A DNA stretch of 64,000 nt from Gammaproteobacteria bacterium (GCA_016191235.1 JACPOZ010000001.1:6481-70480), one strand, 5' to 3'. Shown: positions 52,764 to 64,000, counted from the stretch's first letter. The notes: a model not told the origin generated them from the sequence alone. Numbers and translations: made by a program.

Positions 52764-53294
52764 ATGAAAATCGACCAGAAGCAAGACAATTTCATCCCCA
52801 TCAATATCGCTGTGCTAACGGTCTCCGATACCCGCACTGAAGAGACGGACACCTCCGGCAGGCTTTTGGTTGAAAGCCTAACCACGGCAGGACACGCTCT
52901 TGCCGGGAAGGTGATCGTGTTAGATGACATCTATAAGATCCGCGCCATCCTGTCGGGCTGGATTGCGCAGACCAGTGTCGACGCGGTGCTGATCACTGGC
53001 GGTACCGGTGTCACTTGGCGCGATATCACGCCGGAGGCAATACGCCCGTTGCTGGACAAAGAGATTGATGGGTTCGGCGAACTGTTCCGCTCCATCTCTT
53101 ACCAAGACATCAAGACCTCAACACTGCAGTCACGGGCGTTCGCCGGCATCGCCAATGGCACATTGATCTTCGCCATGCCCGGCTCGACCAACGCCTGCCG
53201 CACCGCATGGGATCATATCCTCCAGTACCAATTGGACAGCCGTCATCGTCCATGCAATTTTATTGAACTCATTCCACGCCTGAAAAAAGGTTGA
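52764..53294 (+). CDS. moaB: molybdenum cofactor biosynthesis protein B
   Basis: 176 aa, ..IAVLTVSDTR..DAVLITGGTGVTWRDITPEA..GFGELFR.. Confidence 0.9.
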   Translation: MKIDQKQDNFIPINIAVLTVSDTRTEETDTSGRLLVESLTTAGHALAGKVIVLDDIYKIRAILSGWIAQTSVDAVLITGGTGVTWRDITPEAIRPLLDKEIDGFGELFRSISYQDIKTSTLQSRAFAGIANGTLIFAMPGSTNACRTAWDHILQYQLDSRHRPCNFIELIPRLKKG

Positions 53295-53305
53295 TCGCCA
53301 CGCCC

Positions 53306-54544
53306 ATGACTGACCCCTGTTTCACAGAAAAAGAATTGATGAGTGTCGATAACGCCTTGGCGTTGCTACTGGCCAAGGCGCAGCCGGTCGATGAGATTGA
53401 ATACGCCGATATATCAAATACTCTCGGACGGATTCTGGCGCAATCCCAAACATCGACCCTCAATATACCCACCGCCGACAACAGTGCTATGGACGGTTAT
53501 GCCTTCGCCTATCGTGATATCCACGCACAAGGCGAGACTCGGCTATCCGTCTCGCAACGCATCCCTGCGGGACAAGCCGGCCACCCCTTGTTGCCTGGAA
53601 CCGCGGCGCGGATTTTCACCGGCGCACCCATGCCGCCCGGCGCGGATACGGTGGTAATGCAGGAGCACTGCCGCGTCGAAGAAGATAGGGTTATCATCCA
53701 GCACCCGATAAAAAGCGGCCAGAACGTGCGGCGCACAGGAGAGGATATTGCCGCTGGCACTATAATACTTACGGCCGGGACAAAGCTGCGTCCGCAGGAC
53801 ATGGGACTCGCTGCATCGGTGGGCTTGGCGCAACTGCCCGTTTATCGTACCCTGCGTGTGGCGATATTCTGCACTGGCGATGAGCTTGTCGCACCCGGCA
53901 ACCCGCTTGCACCGGGCAAGATCTACAACGCCAATCGCTATACCCTCACTGGACTGTTGCGGGCACTTGGTTGCGAAATCATCGACCTGGGGATCGTGCC
54001 GGATAACCTGGCGGCAACCCGCACTATCCTTGCTGCGGCGGCGCGGCAAGCGGATATCGTTATTACCAGTGGCGGCGTATCGGTAGGTGAAGAAGATCAT
54101 GTCAAGGCCGCCGTCGACGGCTTGGGACACATTGACTTGTGGCGCATCGCCATGAAGCCTGGCAAGCCGCTCGCCTTCGGCACCATCGGATCGACACCAT
54201 TTTTCGGCCTGCCCGGCAACCCGGTCTCGGTGTTTGCTACCTTCTGCCTGTTCGCGCGTCCCTTTATTCTGCGCCGTCAGGGCATGATTAACGTGCTTCC
54301 ACAAACCGTATATGTGGAAGCAGATTTCGACTGGCCCAAAGCAGGCCACCGCCGCGAATACCTGCGCGCCCGATTGGCCACGGCGGAAGACGGCAAAACC
54401 CGCGCCGTCATTTTTGCGAATCAAAGCTCCGCCGCGCTGTCTTCGGTTAGTTGGGCACAGGGCATGGTTACCATCCCCGAAGGGCATACTGTACAACGCG
54501 GCCAAATGGTCAGATTTATTCCCTTCACGGAATTGCTTGCATAA
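53306..54544 (+). CDS. moeA: molybdopterin molybdotransferase
   Basis: ..PTADNSAMDGYAFAY..ARIFTGAPMPPGADTVVMQE..ITSGGVSVGEEDHVK..MKPGKPLAFG.. Alternative TTG start at 53291 overlapping the moaB stop. Confidence 0.92.
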   Translation: MTDPCFTEKELMSVDNALALLLAKAQPVDEIEYADISNTLGRILAQSQTSTLNIPTADNSAMDGYAFAYRDIHAQGETRLSVSQRIPAGQAGHPLLPGTAARIFTGAPMPPGADTVVMQEHCRVEEDRVIIQHPIKSGQNVRRTGEDIAAGTIILTAGTKLRPQDMGLAASVGLAQLPVYRTLRVAIFCTGDELVAPGNPLAPGKIYNANRYTLTGLLRALGCEIIDLGIVPDNLAATRTILAAAARQADIVITSGGVSVGEEDHVKAAVDGLGHIDLWRIAMKPGKPLAFGTIGSTPFFGLPGNPVSVFATFCLFARPFILRRQGMINVLPQTVYVEADFDWPKAGHRREYLRARLATAEDGKTRAVIFANQSSAALSSVSWAQGMVTIPEGHTVQRGQMVRFIPFTELLA

Positions 54545-54586
54545 TTCCATTTCGCAAAAACATCCCCTCAGTGGGGAAGGGCTAAT

Positions 54587-55219
54587 GTGAGAAGGATAAT
54601 GACCTCACTACCACGCAGCAACATCACCGGCGTCATCCTCGCAGGAGGACAAGCCCGCCGCATGGGTGGCGTTGATAAAGGGTTGATTGATTTGCGTGGC
54701 AAACCGCTAGTCGCCCACGTCATTGCCGCCCTTGAACCTCAAGCAGACAATATCATTATCAGCGCCAACCGCGACCTTGACCACTACGCTGGATTTGGTT
54801 ATCCGGTGGTTGCGGATACCCTGCCCGATCACCCCGGCCCGCTCGCAGGCATTCTCAGCGGGATGCTTGCAGCAACCACCGAGTACGTGCTCACTGTTCC
54901 TTGTGATACTCCCCTTCTGCCGCCAGACCTGATGCTGCATCTGTCATCCACACTCACACGAGAACACGCCGAGGTATGCACTGTGCATGATGGCACGCGC
55001 ACCCAACCCCTCTTCACCCTGCTGCGCCGGGATCTTGCCGCAAGCATTTTGGACTATCTGAATAAAGGCGATAATAAAGTCGAACTCTGGCTGCAACGCC
55101 AGAAGCTCGCGCTTGCCGATTTTTCTGATCAACCCACCGCGTTTTACAATATCAACACCCGCGAGGAACTGATGGCAATTGAGAATATAGGCACGACAAG
55201 ACAAAAGGAAACAACATGA
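54587..55219 (+). CDS. mobA: molybdenum cofactor guanylyltransferase
   Basis: ..ITGVILAGGQARRMGGVDKGL..GPLAGILSGM..VPCDTPLLP.. GTG 54587 follows a GGGGAAGGG tract; ATG 54599 is the alternative. Confidence 0.86.
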   Translation: MRRIMTSLPRSNITGVILAGGQARRMGGVDKGLIDLRGKPLVAHVIAALEPQADNIIISANRDLDHYAGFGYPVVADTLPDHPGPLAGILSGMLAATTEYVLTVPCDTPLLPPDLMLHLSSTLTREHAEVCTVHDGTRTQPLFTLLRRDLAASILDYLNKGDNKVELWLQRQKLALADFSDQPTAFYNINTREELMAIENIGTTRQKETT

Positions 55220-55281
55220 AACTCTACGACATGCCGCTCTCCGGCAATTGCTACAAGATCCGCCTGATGTTATCTCTGTAA
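55216..55281 (+). pseudogene. 21-codon N-terminal stub of a glutathione S-transferase gene
   Basis: MKLYDMPLSGNCYKIRLMLSL* resembles the GST N-terminal beta1-alpha1 but stops after 21 codons. The ATG overlaps the mobA stop (ATGA). Confidence 0.45.
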
Positions 55282-55366
55282 GGAGTCATCAATGAATGGC
55301 AAATATCAAAAGCTTGCCGGGATATGTTGGCATGGCGGGCATTGCTTGATAAACCAATGACTCACA

Positions 55367-55915
55367 TCAATCGTCCGCCAATATATTGGTCGGCAGTCCA
55401 TCAATGCTTGTTTGATTTTTCTCCCACCAGTAATCTCGTATGCCTTGCTCACCCTTTTTTTCTGCCCAGCGCGATAGCGTCTCACGCTCACCCTGGTATT
55501 CGAAAAATGGCACGGCATAACCGCACGATGTCTGAACAGAGCTTATTTCTAAGACTATCAATTGCCGTTCACCGGGCAGCAATCCAAACAGCGGATGCAG
55601 GGTTTCCCATTCTTTATCTTGATGCCTGACTACACGACCATGGCCGTACAGCCTGAGTATCTGGGGGGATTCGGAAAAACTGCAAAACATGATCGTCATC
55701 CGGCCATTTTCCAGCAGATGCGCGGCAGTTTCATTGCCGCTGCCGGTGAGATCAAGATAAGCCACTGTGTAATCATCAAGACAGCGGAAGCTATCCATGC
55801 CTTTTGGGGAAACATTTACCCTGCCATTACTTGGGGCAGTGCCTGTAAAAAATATGTGTTGCTTACTTATAAAATCCCGAAGGCCGTCGTTTAACGCATC
55901 ATAGAATTTCGCCAT
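55367..55915 (-). CDS. pyridoxamine 5'-phosphate oxidase family (FMN-binding split-barrel) protein
   Basis: 182 aa, ..HIFFTGTAPSNGRVNVSPKG....LDLTGSGNETAAHLLENGRMTIMFCSF.. Confidence 0.78.
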   Translation of the reverse strand: MAKFYDALNDGLRDFISKQHIFFTGTAPSNGRVNVSPKGMDSFRCLDDYTVAYLDLTGSGNETAAHLLENGRMTIMFCSFSESPQILRLYGHGRVVRHQDKEWETLHPLFGLLPGERQLIVLEISSVQTSCGYAVPFFEYQGERETLSRWAEKKGEQGIRDYWWEKNQTSIDGLPTNILADD

Positions 55916-55957
55916 TTCAAGCTCCGTTGCAGATCACGAACATGAGGATATTCACGA

Positions 55958-58375
55958 TTACGCCCGCACCATTTTCGACTCGGCGGCGGCGATAACCAGC
56001 GCGGTTTTAATCGCCGTATCGGGGTTGAGTGAAATCGAGTCGATTCCCGCTTCGACGAGCCAGGCGGCAAACTCAGGATAATCGGAAGGCGCCTGCCCGC
56101 AAATGCCAATTGGCTTACCGGCGCGTTTGGCGGCGTCAATTGCCATGGCTATCATTTTGCGCACCGCATCATTGCGCTCGTTAAAAAGATGCGCAATCGT
56201 GCCCGAATCGCGGTCAATTCCGAGCACCAGTTGCGTCAGATCATTCGAACCGATGGAATAGCCGTCAAAAATGTGCAGAAACTCATCGGCCAACATGACA
56301 TTCGCCGGCAGCTCACACATGCCATACACTTCCAAACCCTGCTCGCCTTGGCGCAGGCCGTTGGCTGCCATGACCTCAATTACACGCGCCGCTTCCTGAA
56401 GCGTGCGGCAGAATGGGATCATCACCTTGACATTGGTCAGCCCCATGTCGCGCCGCACGCGTAGCAGGGCGGCACATTCGAGGGCAAAACCGTCGGCGTA
56501 ACGCGGATCGTAGTAACGCGATGCGCCACGAAAGCCGAGCATCGGATTTTCCTCATCCGGCTCGAACTCGCGCCCGCCCAAGAGCTGCGCATACTCGTTG
56601 GTCTTGAAATCGCTGGTACGGACGATCACCGGCTTCGGATAAAAGGCGGCGGCGATGCGCCCCACGCCCTCGCTGAAACGCCGTATAAAAAATTCGCGCG
56701 GACCTTCATCTCCGATGCGCATGCCGATTTCCGTGACAGCTTGGGGATCGGTGATATTGGGATAGCGCGCCAACGCCATCGGATGGATACCGATATGGTT
56801 AGTGATGATGAATTCAGTGCGCGCCAGTCCCACGCCTGCGTTGGGAATGGCGCTCAGTGCCAGTGCCTGGCCAGGATCGCCGACAGTGAGCATGATCGCA
56901 GTGCGTGTCTTGGGCACGGTTACTGCATCGATGTGTTCTATCTCAAACGGGATGCGCCCGGCGTAGACGTGCCCCTCCGCCCCCTCGGCGCAGCAAACGG
57001 TGACATCAGCACCGTCCTGCAAGGTTCGTGTCGCGTTGCCGGTACCCACGATGCACGGCAGGCCAAATTCACGCGACACGATGGCGGCATGGGCGGTGCG
57101 CCCCCCCTGATCGGTGACGATGGCCGCCACTTTGCGCATCACCGGCTCCCAGTCCGGATCCGTGTTTTCGGCGACGAGCACTTCGCCGGGCTGCACGCTC
57201 GAAAGACCGGCGATCTCCCGCACCACGCGCACACGGCCAACACCGACTTTTTCACCGACGGCCTGGCCTGTCACCAGCGGCGCGCCTGGCGCGCCCTTCA
57301 AGCAATAGCGCTCAGCGGCGGCGGTGCGCGGCTTCGCGGAATGGACCGTCTCCGGGCGCGCCTGCAGGATAAACAACTCGCCCGTCAGGCCGTCTTTGGC
57401 CCATTCGAGATCCATCGGCTGCGGATGATTGACCAAGGCCGAATAGTGCTCTTCGATCACACAGGCCCAACGCGCCAGCGTAAGCACTTCATCATCACTG
57501 AGAGAGAAGTGGCGGCGCTCAGCAACAGGCACCTGCTCACTACGGGTGGCGCGGCCGCTATCGGCGTAAACCAGCCGCATTTCCTTTGAGCCCAGCCGCC
57601 GCCCGATGATGGGGCGTAGTCCCAGCGCCAGCGTCGGTTTAAATACCATCCATTCGTCGGGCGTGACGATGCCCTGCACTACAAACTCACCCAGACCATA
57701 GGAGCTCGTCACCACCACGGCATCACGAAACCCCGTTTCGGTATCGAGCGTGAAGATCACGCCGGAGCTGGCCTTGTCGGACCGCACCATCGGCATCACG
57801 CCAACCGAGAGCGCCACCCTGAGCTGGTCATAACCCATCCGGGCGCGGTAGCTTATGGCGCGATCCGTAAACAGCGAAGCAAAGCATGAATGCACCGCAT
57901 GCAGCAGCCCCTCGCGCCCGCGCACATTGAGAAAGGTTTCTGCCGCGCCGGCGAACGAGGCCTCGGGCAAATCCTCCGCCGTTGCCGATGAGCGTACCGC
58001 CAGTTCCGGCTCCCGTCCCAGACGCTGACTAAGCTGCTCGTAAGCCGCGATGACCGCGCTGCACAGCGCTTCGGGCAATGGCGTTTCCATTACCGCCGCA
58101 CGCGCCTGGCTACCGCGCACCGCCAGCTCGCCTACATCTTCGGGGTCAAAGCTGGAAAAAATCTCACCCAGCCGGTTTTTTAGATTTCTTTCTGAAAGCA
58201 ACAACCAGTAGGCATCGGCCGTCGTCGCAAACCCATCCAGCACACCCACGCCCTGCGGCTTGAGTTCGTTGAACATCTGCCCCAGCGATGCGTTTTTGCC
58301 GCCAACACGCGCGACATCGTCCATATTGATCTGATAAAAATCGAGCGTGTAAGGCGGTGCAGCGTTCATGGCCAT
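55958..58375 (-). CDS. ppsA: phosphoenolpyruvate synthase
   Basis: 805 aa. ..VGGKNASLGQM.., phosphohistidine swivel ..IVTDQGGRTAHAAIVSREFGLPCIVG.., C-terminal PEP-utilising TIM barrel ..GSNDLTQL.. Confidence 0.96.
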   Translation of the reverse strand: MAMNAAPPYTLDFYQINMDDVARVGGKNASLGQMFNELKPQGVGVLDGFATTADAYWLLLSERNLKNRLGEIFSSFDPEDVGELAVRGSQARAAVMETPLPEALCSAVIAAYEQLSQRLGREPELAVRSSATAEDLPEASFAGAAETFLNVRGREGLLHAVHSCFASLFTDRAISYRARMGYDQLRVALSVGVMPMVRSDKASSGVIFTLDTETGFRDAVVVTSSYGLGEFVVQGIVTPDEWMVFKPTLALGLRPIIGRRLGSKEMRLVYADSGRATRSEQVPVAERRHFSLSDDEVLTLARWACVIEEHYSALVNHPQPMDLEWAKDGLTGELFILQARPETVHSAKPRTAAAERYCLKGAPGAPLVTGQAVGEKVGVGRVRVVREIAGLSSVQPGEVLVAENTDPDWEPVMRKVAAIVTDQGGRTAHAAIVSREFGLPCIVGTGNATRTLQDGADVTVCCAEGAEGHVYAGRIPFEIEHIDAVTVPKTRTAIMLTVGDPGQALALSAIPNAGVGLARTEFIITNHIGIHPMALARYPNITDPQAVTEIGMRIGDEGPREFFIRRFSEGVGRIAAAFYPKPVIVRTSDFKTNEYAQLLGGREFEPDEENPMLGFRGASRYYDPRYADGFALECAALLRVRRDMGLTNVKVMIPFCRTLQEAARVIEVMAANGLRQGEQGLEVYGMCELPANVMLADEFLHIFDGYSIGSNDLTQLVLGIDRDSGTIAHLFNERNDAVRKMIAMAIDAAKRAGKPIGICGQAPSDYPEFAAWLVEAGIDSISLNPDTAIKTALVIAAAESKMVRA

Positions 58376-58453
58376 CTCCTCCGGGGTTCTCTCAATAAAC
58401 TCAAGGACACCTCAAAGATATCGCCCGCGTTAATTAAATGGAGAGCGATATGC

Positions 58454-58735
58454 TTATAACACCCCATGCTCCAGCGCCTGCAAGTAAATGAAGCCTGGTG
58501 TTTTTACGCCCGCCTTTTTTCTGATTTCCACTAATTCCGGCGATTCAAAAAATCTTCTGGCTCTTTCCAGCGAGGACCATTGTGAAAAGTGGACGATATT
58601 ATTTGCGTCATTATCGTACCTCAATAATTGATAGCTTATTTCTCCCGCATCTTTTCTCATGGCTGCGGCTTGATCGAAAACCTGTTTCCACGCCTGATAA
58701 TTTTCGACCTCATGAATAATTAGGACGTACTGCAC
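58454..58735 (-). CDS. small alpha+beta (ABM/Dabb-like) protein, function unknown
   Basis: 93 aa, MQYVLIIHEVENYQAWKQVFDQAAAMRKDAG...HFSQWSSLERARRFFESPEL. AT-richer than its neighbours. Confidence 0.55.
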   Translation of the reverse strand: MQYVLIIHEVENYQAWKQVFDQAAAMRKDAGEISYQLLRYDNDANNIVHFSQWSSLERARRFFESPELVEIRKKAGVKTPGFIYLQALEHGVL

Positions 58736-58848
58736 CCAACCTCCTTCTATTGATTAGGCTCTGTTGACATTTGGACAACCGTTGCAACTGGAATCGTGGG
58801 CGTGATCCTGCAAGGAACACGGAGCGCGGAAGGAACCTGATCTTGTAG

Positions 58849-58995
58849 CGTATTCTCGGTCATGGCAGCATAACCATAACAATGCGCTACGCCCATCTGG
58901 CACCCGAACACCTGCAGGAAGCAAAAAATCTCAACCCGCTCGCGCGGTTGACACTGCAAAAACGAAAAAGCTTGCTCAGTATCGCAAGCACTTGA
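58849..58995 (+). pseudogene. C-terminal remnant of a tyrosine recombinase (phage-type integrase)
   Basis: RILGHGSITITMRYAHLAPEHLQEAKNLNPL.. carries the catalytic-Tyr box (LGH.S...T.RYAH). A stop codon lies immediately upstream (58846-58848) and no further integrase frame follows. Confidence 0.7.
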
Positions 58996-59000
58996 TTTTA

Positions 59001-59050
59001 TGGTGGGCCCGCTCGGACTCGAACCGAGGACCAAGGGATTATGAGTCCCC
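59001..59050 (-). pseudogene. 3' half of a tRNA (CAU anticodon, Ile2/Met-like): att-site relic
   Basis: Minus strand GGGGACTCATAATCCCTTGGTCCTCGGTTCGAGTCCGAGCGGGCCCACCA covers anticodon arm, variable loop, T arm, 3' acceptor strand and CCA. No complementary 5' acceptor strand (GGGCCCG) or D arm lies beyond 59050. Confidence 0.7.
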
Positions 59051-59108
59051 CTTCAGGGTAGAAGAGGAGTATACCGCTGAAGCGGGGTATTCGTCATCCT
59101 GGAGGCGC

Positions 59109-59155
59109 AAAAAAACATCTCATCAAGCGGCTATAACAACACCGCCTGATGAGAT
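59109..59155 (-). terminator. rho-independent terminator of rpoD
   Basis: Minus-strand RNA: atctcatcaggcgg-loop-ccgcttgatgagat followed by a U-run (A-run 59109-59115 on the plus strand). Confidence 0.8.
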
Positions 59156-59163
59156 TAGCCCGG

Positions 59164-61017
<1,854 letters not shown>

Positions 61018-61104
61018 ACTTACCCAGTAGTCTTGACGTTTAAGGTTAATTGAACTCAGCAAAAATAACTTTCTATCTTACACTAAGCTGCATGTCATGC
61101 AAAG

Positions 61105-61129
61105 AAACCTCTGAAAAAGTCAGAGGTTT
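61105..61129 (-). terminator. hairpin between dnaG and rpoD (possible internal attenuator)
   Basis: aaacctctga-aaaag-tcagaggttt, a perfect 10-bp stem. The downstream U-tract on the minus strand is only moderate (tttctttg). Confidence 0.45.
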
Positions 61130-61192
61130 CGCGGCACAGGGAAGTGCCACTCAAAAATCGAATGCAAAAGCATTTGATTTTTGCAGAAAAAA

Positions 61193-62971
61193 TCATCCGT
61201 CCGTTTTTTTGCTGGCCGCTGCACGCTCGACCCTCGAAAGCAGCCTGCCCAATTCGCTTTTCTCCTCAGCGCTCAGACCCTCCAGCTTATCCTTGCGCAG
61301 CAGGCTCTCAACAAACTGCTCAATGCGCTGTTCACGCAGACACCGCAATGCACCATGAAACTCCGCCTCCACGCCTTCTGACACTGAAGGCGTCCACTGC
61401 GCCAATGTAGCCAGATAATGGCCTTCCTTGGTATCGCGCCAGCGCTCCAGCAGGGCGCCAACTTTTAAATGAGGCTGCGCATGCAATAATTCAAGCAATT
61501 CCACCAACAAACGCACTCCGGGGACATCGAGTTCCAGCAACCACCTTGCATCGCCCGCTTGAAGCGCCAGATCCGGCTTGTACAACAGTATCTCAATCGC
61601 CATGCGCACTGGCGAACGACTGCCAACCTGTCTGGGCGGCTTGGCTGCGGGCCGTCGCGGCGCCTTGGTCTCGGCCTTGCCGCCGCCCACGATGCCCGCA
61701 AGCACCACGGCATCCATGCGCGCGATTTCAGCCAGCCGCGCCATCATCATGTGCTTGAACGCACCCTCCGGCACATTGGACAACAGGGGGCGCACAAGTT
61801 CCACCAACCGGGCGCGCCCATCCATGCTTGATATATCGGCCTGTTTGGTCAGGCTGGTATAAAAAAATATCGAAAGTGGGACAGAGTTCTCAATGCGCGC
61901 CTCAAAGCCCCCTTGACCTTCCTTGCGGATCAGCGTATCCGGGTCCTCCCCTTCGGGCAGAAACATGAAGCGCGCAGTTCGCCCATCGGACATCAGCGGC
62001 AGGGCGTTTTGCACCGCCCGCCACGCCGCATCGCGCCCGGCGCGGTCGCCGTCAAAACAAAACACCACCTCGGGGACGACACGGAAGATGCGTTCAAGGT
62101 GCTCGCGCGTGATGGCGGTGCCCAGGGTTGCCACCGCATTGCGAATGCCGAACTGCGCCAGCGCCACGACATCCATGTAACCCTCCACCACCAGCAGCCG
62201 GTCAAGCTGGCGCGACGCCTTGCGCGCCTCATACAAACCATAGAGCTCACGACCCTTGTGGAACACCGGCGTCTCGGGCGAATTGAGATACTTGGGCGTA
62301 TCGTCTCCCAGCACCCGCCCGCCGAAGCCGATGACGCGGCCACGCGCATCACGGATAGGGAACATGATGCGGTCGCGGAAACGGTCGTAATAACCGCCAC
62401 CCTCTTTCTCTATCAGCAAGCCCGCCTCCGCCAACCGCGCCTGGGATGCGGGATTACCCCCCTGTGCGCGCAGCAGGTTATCCCAACCCGGCGGGGCAAA
62501 GCCGATGTCGAATTCGGCGGCGATTTCGCCACTCAGCCCCCGCCCCTTCAAGTAATCGGCAGCACGCCGCGCCTGGGGATGTTCACGTAGCTGCCGCCGG
62601 TAAAAAACGGAGGCCTGGACAAGCAGCTCATACAGATCCTTGCCCTTGGCGGCCACAACAGAATCCGTGGCCGTTTGCGGCACTTGCATCCCGGCGCGCG
62701 CCGCAAGATCATGGACGGCTTCGACAAAATCCATGCGCTCGTATTCCATCAAAAAGCCGATGGCGGTGCCGTGAGCGCCGCAACCGAAGCAATGATAGAA
62801 CTGTTTTTCGGGGCTGACGGTAAAGGAAGGGGTCTTTTCGTCGTGAAACGGGCAGCGCGCCGTGTAGTTGCTGCCCGCCTTACGCAAAGGGACGCGTGCG
62901 TCGATCACATCGACGATATCGACGCGCGCCATTAACTCATCGATAAGCTGCTGGGGAATCCTGCCTGCCAT
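61193..62971 (-). CDS. dnaG: DNA primase
   Basis: 592 aa. Zinc ribbon CPFHDEKTPSFTVSPEKQFYHCFGCGAHG, TOPRIM ..LLVVEGYMDVVAL..FDGDRAG.. Confidence 0.96.
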   Translation of the reverse strand: MAGRIPQQLIDELMARVDIVDVIDARVPLRKAGSNYTARCPFHDEKTPSFTVSPEKQFYHCFGCGAHGTAIGFLMEYERMDFVEAVHDLAARAGMQVPQTATDSVVAAKGKDLYELLVQASVFYRRQLREHPQARRAADYLKGRGLSGEIAAEFDIGFAPPGWDNLLRAQGGNPASQARLAEAGLLIEKEGGGYYDRFRDRIMFPIRDARGRVIGFGGRVLGDDTPKYLNSPETPVFHKGRELYGLYEARKASRQLDRLLVVEGYMDVVALAQFGIRNAVATLGTAITREHLERIFRVVPEVVFCFDGDRAGRDAAWRAVQNALPLMSDGRTARFMFLPEGEDPDTLIRKEGQGGFEARIENSVPLSIFFYTSLTKQADISSMDGRARLVELVRPLLSNVPEGAFKHMMMARLAEIARMDAVVLAGIVGGGKAETKAPRRPAAKPPRQVGSRSPVRMAIEILLYKPDLALQAGDARWLLELDVPGVRLLVELLELLHAQPHLKVGALLERWRDTKEGHYLATLAQWTPSVSEGVEAEFHGALRCLREQRIEQFVESLLRKDKLEGLSAEEKSELGRLLSRVERAAASKKTDG

Positions 62972-63069
62972 GCGCTATTGTAAGCCTCCAGCGCCTCGCC
63001 GTCTGCCTGTAAAGTCAGGCCGACAGAAACTTAGAGATTCCACACACTATAGAGGGAGATGGAGATTGA

Positions 63070-63112
63070 AAACAATAATTCAGAACAACCTCGAACGAGG
63101 TTGTTCTGAATT
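63070..63112 (-). terminator. hairpin/terminator immediately after yqeY
   Basis: aattcagaacaacctcg-aa-cgaggttgttctgaatt (17-bp stem), followed on the minus strand by attgttttc. Confidence 0.6.
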
Positions 63113-63113
63113 A

Positions 63114-63590
63114 TCAAACAGATGGAAACAACGCAGCCAATCTGGTTTTGATCTTGGCGCCCACCACGCCCATATCGGCACGACCCTGAACGCGCGGCTT
63201 GAGCGCCGCCATGATCTTGCCCATATCTTTGGCCGAAGCGGCGCCGCTGGTGGCTACCGCCTCGTCAATCAGGGCGTCGATCTCCGCCTCGCTGAGCTGC
63301 GCAGGGAGGTATTCCTGGATCAGACCGATCTCAAAAGCCTCTTGCGCGGCAAGCTCGGCGCGTCCCGCCGCCTCATACTGGCTGAAAGAGTCACGCCGCT
63401 GCTTGATCATCTTGTCAAGTATGGCAAGGACTTGCGCATCATCAAGAGAGATGCGCTCGTCAACTTCGCGCTGCTTGAGCGCCGCCAGGATCAGGCGAAT
63501 CACTCCCAGGCGCTCTTTCTCTTTGGCGCGCATCGCAGACTTCATGTCTTCTTCGATGCGCTGCTTCAGGCTCTGCTCACCGCTCGCCAT
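63114..63590 (-). CDS. yqeY: GatB/YqeY domain protein
   Basis: 158 aa, ..LKQRIEEDMKSAMRAKEKERLGVIRLILAALKQREVDE...KDMGKIMAALKPRVQGRADMG. Confidence 0.9.
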   Translation of the reverse strand: MASGEQSLKQRIEEDMKSAMRAKEKERLGVIRLILAALKQREVDERISLDDAQVLAILDKMIKQRRDSFSQYEAAGRAELAAQEAFEIGLIQEYLPAQLSEAEIDALIDEAVATSGAASAKDMGKIMAALKPRVQGRADMGVVGAKIKTRLAALFPSV

Positions 63591-63650
63591 AATACCCCCA
63601 CGCAGGAGCGGGCATGAAGTCCGTCCCCTGTAGCCTGCCAGAAAAAAGCC

Positions 63651-63866
63651 TTAGTACATGCGAACCCGTTTGGTAATATCGCGCGAGGACTTCTTGAGCT
63701 GCCGCTTCACCGCCGCCGCCGCCTTGCGCTTGCGCACTGAGGTTGGCTTCTCATAGAACTCACGAGCGCGCACGTCAGCCAATGTGCCGGCCTTTTCACA
63801 TGTTCTCTTGAAACGACGCAAAGCGACTTCAAACGGCTCGTTCTCTCTTACGCGAACTAATGGCAT
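63651..63866 (-). CDS. rpsU: 30S ribosomal protein S21
   Basis: [55 protein letters not shown].. Confidence 0.97.
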   Translation of the reverse strand: MPLVRVRENEPFEVALRRFKRTCEKAGTLADVRAREFYEKPTSVRKRKAAAAVKRQLKKSSRDITKRVRMY

Positions 63867-64000
63867 CTATAAACCTCAAAAAATTAAAAATGGATACAAA
63901 TCAATATAAATCTGGAAAGAAACCGTACTCGGGCACCGCACGTGACCGATTAAACCGCCAATTCTAATCCCAAAACATCAGGGATGCAAAGATTTATGCT

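Noticed and set aside
52424-52930. 168-aa minus-strand ORF between the Cache/PsiE gene and moaB
   Set aside because: It overlaps the moaB N-terminal coding region and the Cache gene start. The sequence has no motifs and an unlikely composition, and moaB is unambiguous.

Overview
GC-rich proteobacterial chromosomal window. Gene content and order look betaproteobacterial, which is inference only. Most of it is housekeeping: dcd, apbC, the pcnB-folK-dNK-panB-panC-panD chain, tRNA-Glu, ligA, aminotransferase-hom-thrC, catalase, gltBD, hemE, moaB-moeA-mobA, ppsA and the rpsU-yqeY-dnaG-rpoD operon. Six accessory or regulatory patches stand out. (1) A ~2.8 kb toxin-antitoxin islet (parDE-like, mazEF-like, a Y1-transposase remnant, a small AT-rich lipoprotein cassette) bracketed by ~37-bp direct repeats. 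(2) hicBA plus three PEP-CTERM protein cassettes. Each cassette sits behind a near-identical ~0.4 kb AT-rich leader carrying a sigma-54 -24/-12 element and TGT-N11-ACA motifs, and a duplicated 5' fragment of the neighbouring MidA-type methyltransferase gene lies between them. (3) A sixA-CHAD-ppx polyphosphate cluster followed by an ExeA-like AAA/SPOR protein. (4) A translationally coupled pair: a MotA/ExbB-like channel with a coiled-coil tail, and a MotB-like TM/coiled-coil/vWA protein. It lies downstream of an orphan methyltransferase-like gene and a NUDIX gene, and is my best candidate for an undescribed system. (5) A nasT-nrtABC-porin nitrate-uptake operon with a consensus-quality sigma-54 promoter and a classic ANTAR dual-hexaloop/terminator leader. 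(6) An integrase remnant plus half a tRNA next to rpoD. Several short REP-like repeat families fill intergenic regions and create spurious ORFs. All calls rest on reading the sequence and ORF translations; no searches were run.
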